A stretch of DNA of 64,000 nt from Strigamia acuminata (Eukaryota), in contig OX442314.1 of assembly GCA_949358305.1 (NCBI GenBank), forward strand, positions 4,340,001 through 4,404,000, given 5' to 3'. The position numbers were made by a program, and so were the translations under genes. This document shows, one piece after another, positions 60,501 to 64,000 of this stretch; within the stretch, counting starts at the first letter, position 1; each line of letters opens with the position of its first letter. The notes beneath the pieces are model-generated. The model was given only the letters and a program-made list of their open reading frames with translations. It ran no database searches and was not told where the DNA came from.

Positions 60501-62895
60501 TACTACGGTCGATTTGTTGCAAATCTGTCTACTCTGCTCGAACCGTTATATCGTTTAACACGTGACGACGTCGAGTGGAAGTGGACAGAAGAACACGAGT
60601 CCACTTGGAAAAAAGTTAAGGTCGCTGTGTCCACTGAGTCGGCGCTCGCTCACTTTGATCAGACTAAAAAGTTGTTTTTGACAGTTGATGCTTCCCCGGT
60701 AGGCGTAGGAGCATTTTTATCTCATTGTGATCCAGACGGCACTCACAAGCCCATTGCTTTTGCGAGCTCTTTGTTGTCGGCTGCACAGAAGAACTACGCA
60801 CAGATAGAGCAAGAAGGATTTGCTATTATTTATGGCATTAGAAAATTCCATCACTACCTGTTTGGGCGTCGTTTCTTCCTGCGCACGGATCACAAACCCC
60901 TTGTTTCTATATTCGGAGAGAAAAAGGGATGTAATCAGATCGTGGCTGCTCGACTGCATCGTTGGGCGGTATTTCTATCCGCATATGATTTCGTGATTGA
61001 ACACGTGCCTGCTGTGGACAACGCCATTACCGATGGCTTGTCCCGTAACCCACAACCCAGTGTTGACAGCAAAGAAGATTTGGAGGTCGGCATTAACAAA
61101 AATTATTCTGCTTTGATTTCAGATTTCCCCATGTCCGCTACTTTTTTAAAAGCTGCGTACGCAGCTGACGAAGTATTGCAAGATGTTATGCGACATGTTC
61201 GCACCGGATGGGAATCACGCACATCGGACGTCGCAGAATACTACAAACATCGGGACTTGTTTTCAACCTTTGACAAATTTTTATTTTTCTCCGAAAGGTT
61301 GGTGATCCCGAAAGCTGTTCGTCGTTCGGTGTTGGTCGAGCTCCACGCAGGTCATTACGGCATTGTTTGTACCAAATCGTTGGCGCGAGCCACGGTTTGG
61401 TGGCCTGGAATCGATGCAGACATCGAACGCATGATAAAGAATTGTGACGTATGCCAGCGAAGCCTACCCGATCCACCAAAATCCACCAAAATCGAACACT
61501 GTCAGTTGGCCAGTTTCTGACCAGGTGTGGGGACGCGTGCACCTAGATTTCGCCGGCCCGTTCCACAACGCAATGTTCCTGCTGGCGGTTGACGCCAAAA
61601 CCAAGTGGTGCGAAATTCGCAAGATGTCGACGACAACTGCTGCCGCCACTATCGATGTGATTAAGTCGTGGTTCGAAAATTACGGTTTACCACTGCATTT
61701 TCACACCTACAACGGACCACAATTCACCTCACAGGAATTTTGTCAGTTTTTGGCAGTAAACGGAATCCGCCACACTCTCTCACCGCCATACCATCCAGCT
61801 ACAAATGGCGCGGTTGAGGGTTTTGTGAAAACTTTTAAAAACCAAGCTGACAAATTTCTAACCTTGAATTTCTCCTTGTCGGATGCCGTATCACGCTTCA
61901 TCGCATCGTATCGCTCAACACCTCACGCCACGACGAAAGTTTCACCAGCTGCCGCCTTTCTTCAGCATGAAATGCGAACTCGACTACACTTGCTGAACCT
62001 ACGACTTCTGCCTGATGTCGACCAGATTGACATCGCTCGGTGTTTCGATGTTGGGGATCTTGTGTTTGCAAGAGACTACCGGGGCACTCCTAAGTGGGTA
62101 CCAGGTATTATTAAGACGAAGACTTCCTCATCTACGTACGACGTGGAAGTTGCCCTTGATGTGACATGGAATCAACACATTGACCAGTTGCGACGTCGCG
62201 CAGATGCCAGTTTGTTGCCACAAAATGGGGGGAAAGATTGTAGAAGTTCCCTTCTTCCTTTTTCACTCACTTCTCAACCAACTGCACCGCCTGTGCCTGT
62301 GCCTGATCCACCACTTGTCATTCCACCTGCTGTCGTACCACAAAATGTTGTGCCAATACACGCACCGCCGTTGCCCGCTCGTGCGCCATCGCCACCTGCG
62401 ATCGCTGGTTCCAGTGTTCCAGTTCCAACAGTGCGCAGCCCTCGACCGGTTCAAAACAGGAAACAAACGGACTTCTTCGGTTTTCCACCAAATTAATATT
62501 TGTATGTGTTTTGAAATAATCAATTCCATTGTGTATTCGTTTTAAGTTCAATCATGTTTTATTAGCCATTTTTAAATGTGTTTGTTGTTTAACCTTTTTC
62601 ATTCCTTCCTTGTATTTTGTATAATTGGTGTTTCTCCCAATTAAAGGGGATGTTGAAGTGTTCTACTCCATTGGTCAACCTTGACCAATTGTATCGTTTC
62701 CGGCGCTTTTACAAGCAGCACCACCTTTTTGTTAATTTGAATAAAATTAGTTAGTTTAGTTTACTATGGCGACATGTTGTCTTTCTTGACCATCTTTCAT
62801 CAAAACATAAGAACACACTAATTATACGTGAGTATGCGTCCCAAACCAGGATAACCAGTCCCCGGGTTACCTTGGCAAAGACCATACCAGTCACA
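57544..62895 (+). mobile_element. Family X copy split by the gypsy insertion (57544-58048 and 62826-62895)
   Basis: TGTGACC start, GTCACA end, and colinear with 43498-44088 once the insert is removed. Confidence 0.75.
58049..62820 (+). mobile_element. Decayed Ty3/gypsy (Mag-like) LTR retrotransposon
   Basis: 167-bp LTRs at 58049-58215 and 62654-62820 with a few mismatches. TSD ATTAT, PBS TGGCAACGAGG, PPT AAAGGGGA. Domain order is gag with two CCHC, PR (MDTGA), RT (FIDD), RH, IN. Several frameshifts; catalytic Asp lost in RT (VLGM) and IN (TYNG). Confidence 0.93.
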
Positions 62896-63366
62896 TGGGG
62901 AATATTAAATGTTCGTTTATATGACTGTCAATTTATGTAGTGAGAGATTCATTCTAGGACAAGTTATCTTGAGCTGAAATAAACGCGTCTATACTTTACT
63001 GATTTTGGAGTTGACTTGTTTTATTTATTGAATTGCTTGTAGTTGCCTAGGAACACTCCCAGACAACTTTACAATAAATGAGTGAACCGAAATAGTATTG
63101 TTAGAAAGAATGATGTCTTGATGATAGTCAAATATGGTGGACACGGCACATAGTTTTTTAATAGAAATTCTAAATGAGTTAAATCTCAACGGATTAAAAT
63201 ATTTTGAAAACTTTTATTGGACATTTACTGTAGTTCACAAAATTCCAACAGTCAATATCAGTATTTCTTGGTTTTCCGTGTCACAACATCAATAATTCAA
63301 CCCATTTTTATCCAATTAACTCCTGAAAGGCCTGACTGACAAGCAGCGCATACAGAACTGTACTTA

Positions 63367-63437
63367 TCTATAATCGACCACTATGTTGCTGGGAAACTAT
63401 GTATTAATACACACGTGTTGTCAGTTCACCTTGAACT
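63367..63437 (+). promoter_or_regulatory. Conserved upstream block of copy D (putative promoter)
   Basis: 63155-63610 closely duplicates 30302-30790. Confidence 0.6.
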
Positions 63438-63624
63438 CTGCAAGAGTCACACAGCAGAAACTACAGCTACCAGCTTAATTGAAAAGCACATTCAAAAACA
63501 AAATATCTCTTCTGCATACAGGATTCAAAATTCACAAGTCTGTGTCCACATTTGTCAACATCATAAATGTAATTATAAACCACTCAATCTTCTACACTCA
63601 TTTGTTGTGCGATTAACCGAAGCA

Positions 63625-64000
63625 ATGGAAAGGAACAGAAAACTACGTCTGACAATTCTTCAATTAATGAGAGAAGATGCTAAAAAACCGAGCTGTGGTT
63701 TAACTGGTTTAAATGATTTCATTAAAAGAAAAAGACGTTGGAGCAAGATTCACGCTTCATGGCTTCTTTTGTTATTATTTTGCACATGCATTCTTACTTA
63801 TCAGACGTACGATAGAATAATGCATTACTTGAGTTATCCTACAGCTGTTGATGTATCGAGCAGATCGGATGACATCGTTTTACCATACATCACGATCTGC
63901 AGTACGAATACAAAAGAAATGGCTAGGCTTTGGAATAAGAGTAGTGAATTAGATAAATCAAATCTATTCCAGTGCACAAACATGATGAAAACTCTTATGG
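63625..64000 (+). CDS. DEG/ENaC gene copy D, exon 1 (partial, runs off the window)
   Basis: Open frame MERNRKLRLTILQLMREDAKKPSCGLTGLNDF..WLLLLLFCTCILTYQTYDRIMHYLSYPT, a close paralog of C exon 1. Not listed in the ORF track. Confidence 0.85.
   Translation, partial: MERNRKLRLTILQLMREDAKKPSCGLTGLNDFIKRKRRWSKIHASWLLLLLFCTCILTYQTYDRIMHYLSYPTAVDVSSRSDDIVLPYITICSTNTKEMARLWNKSSELDKSNLFQCTNMMKTLM

Overview
Animal genomic DNA (AT-rich, GT-AG introns; probably an arthropod, inferred from MBD-carrying copia elements). The host content is a cluster of four paralogous DEG/ENaC (ASIC/pickpocket-like) channel genes: A and B on minus, C and D on plus. The main observation is that each 11-exon gene encodes two complete DEG/ENaC subunits in one polypeptide of about 790-800 aa (TM1-ECD-TM2-linker-TM1-ECD-TM2). 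The junction lies inside one open exon and the intron-phase pattern repeats in both halves. A is open through the 8 exons in view, B and C carry lesions, and D is cut by the window end. The rest is mostly transposons: two Ty1/copia elements with a methyl-CpG-binding domain (one intact, with TA...TA LTR ends), a pogo-superfamily DD35D transposon carrying a HIRAN-like ORF and an OTU-like tail, an RT-less Ty3/gypsy derivative, a decayed Mag-like gypsy, solo LTRs, MITEs, a four-level nested insertion and two tandem arrays. Exon models and domain calls were made by eye, without HMM searches or RNA data.
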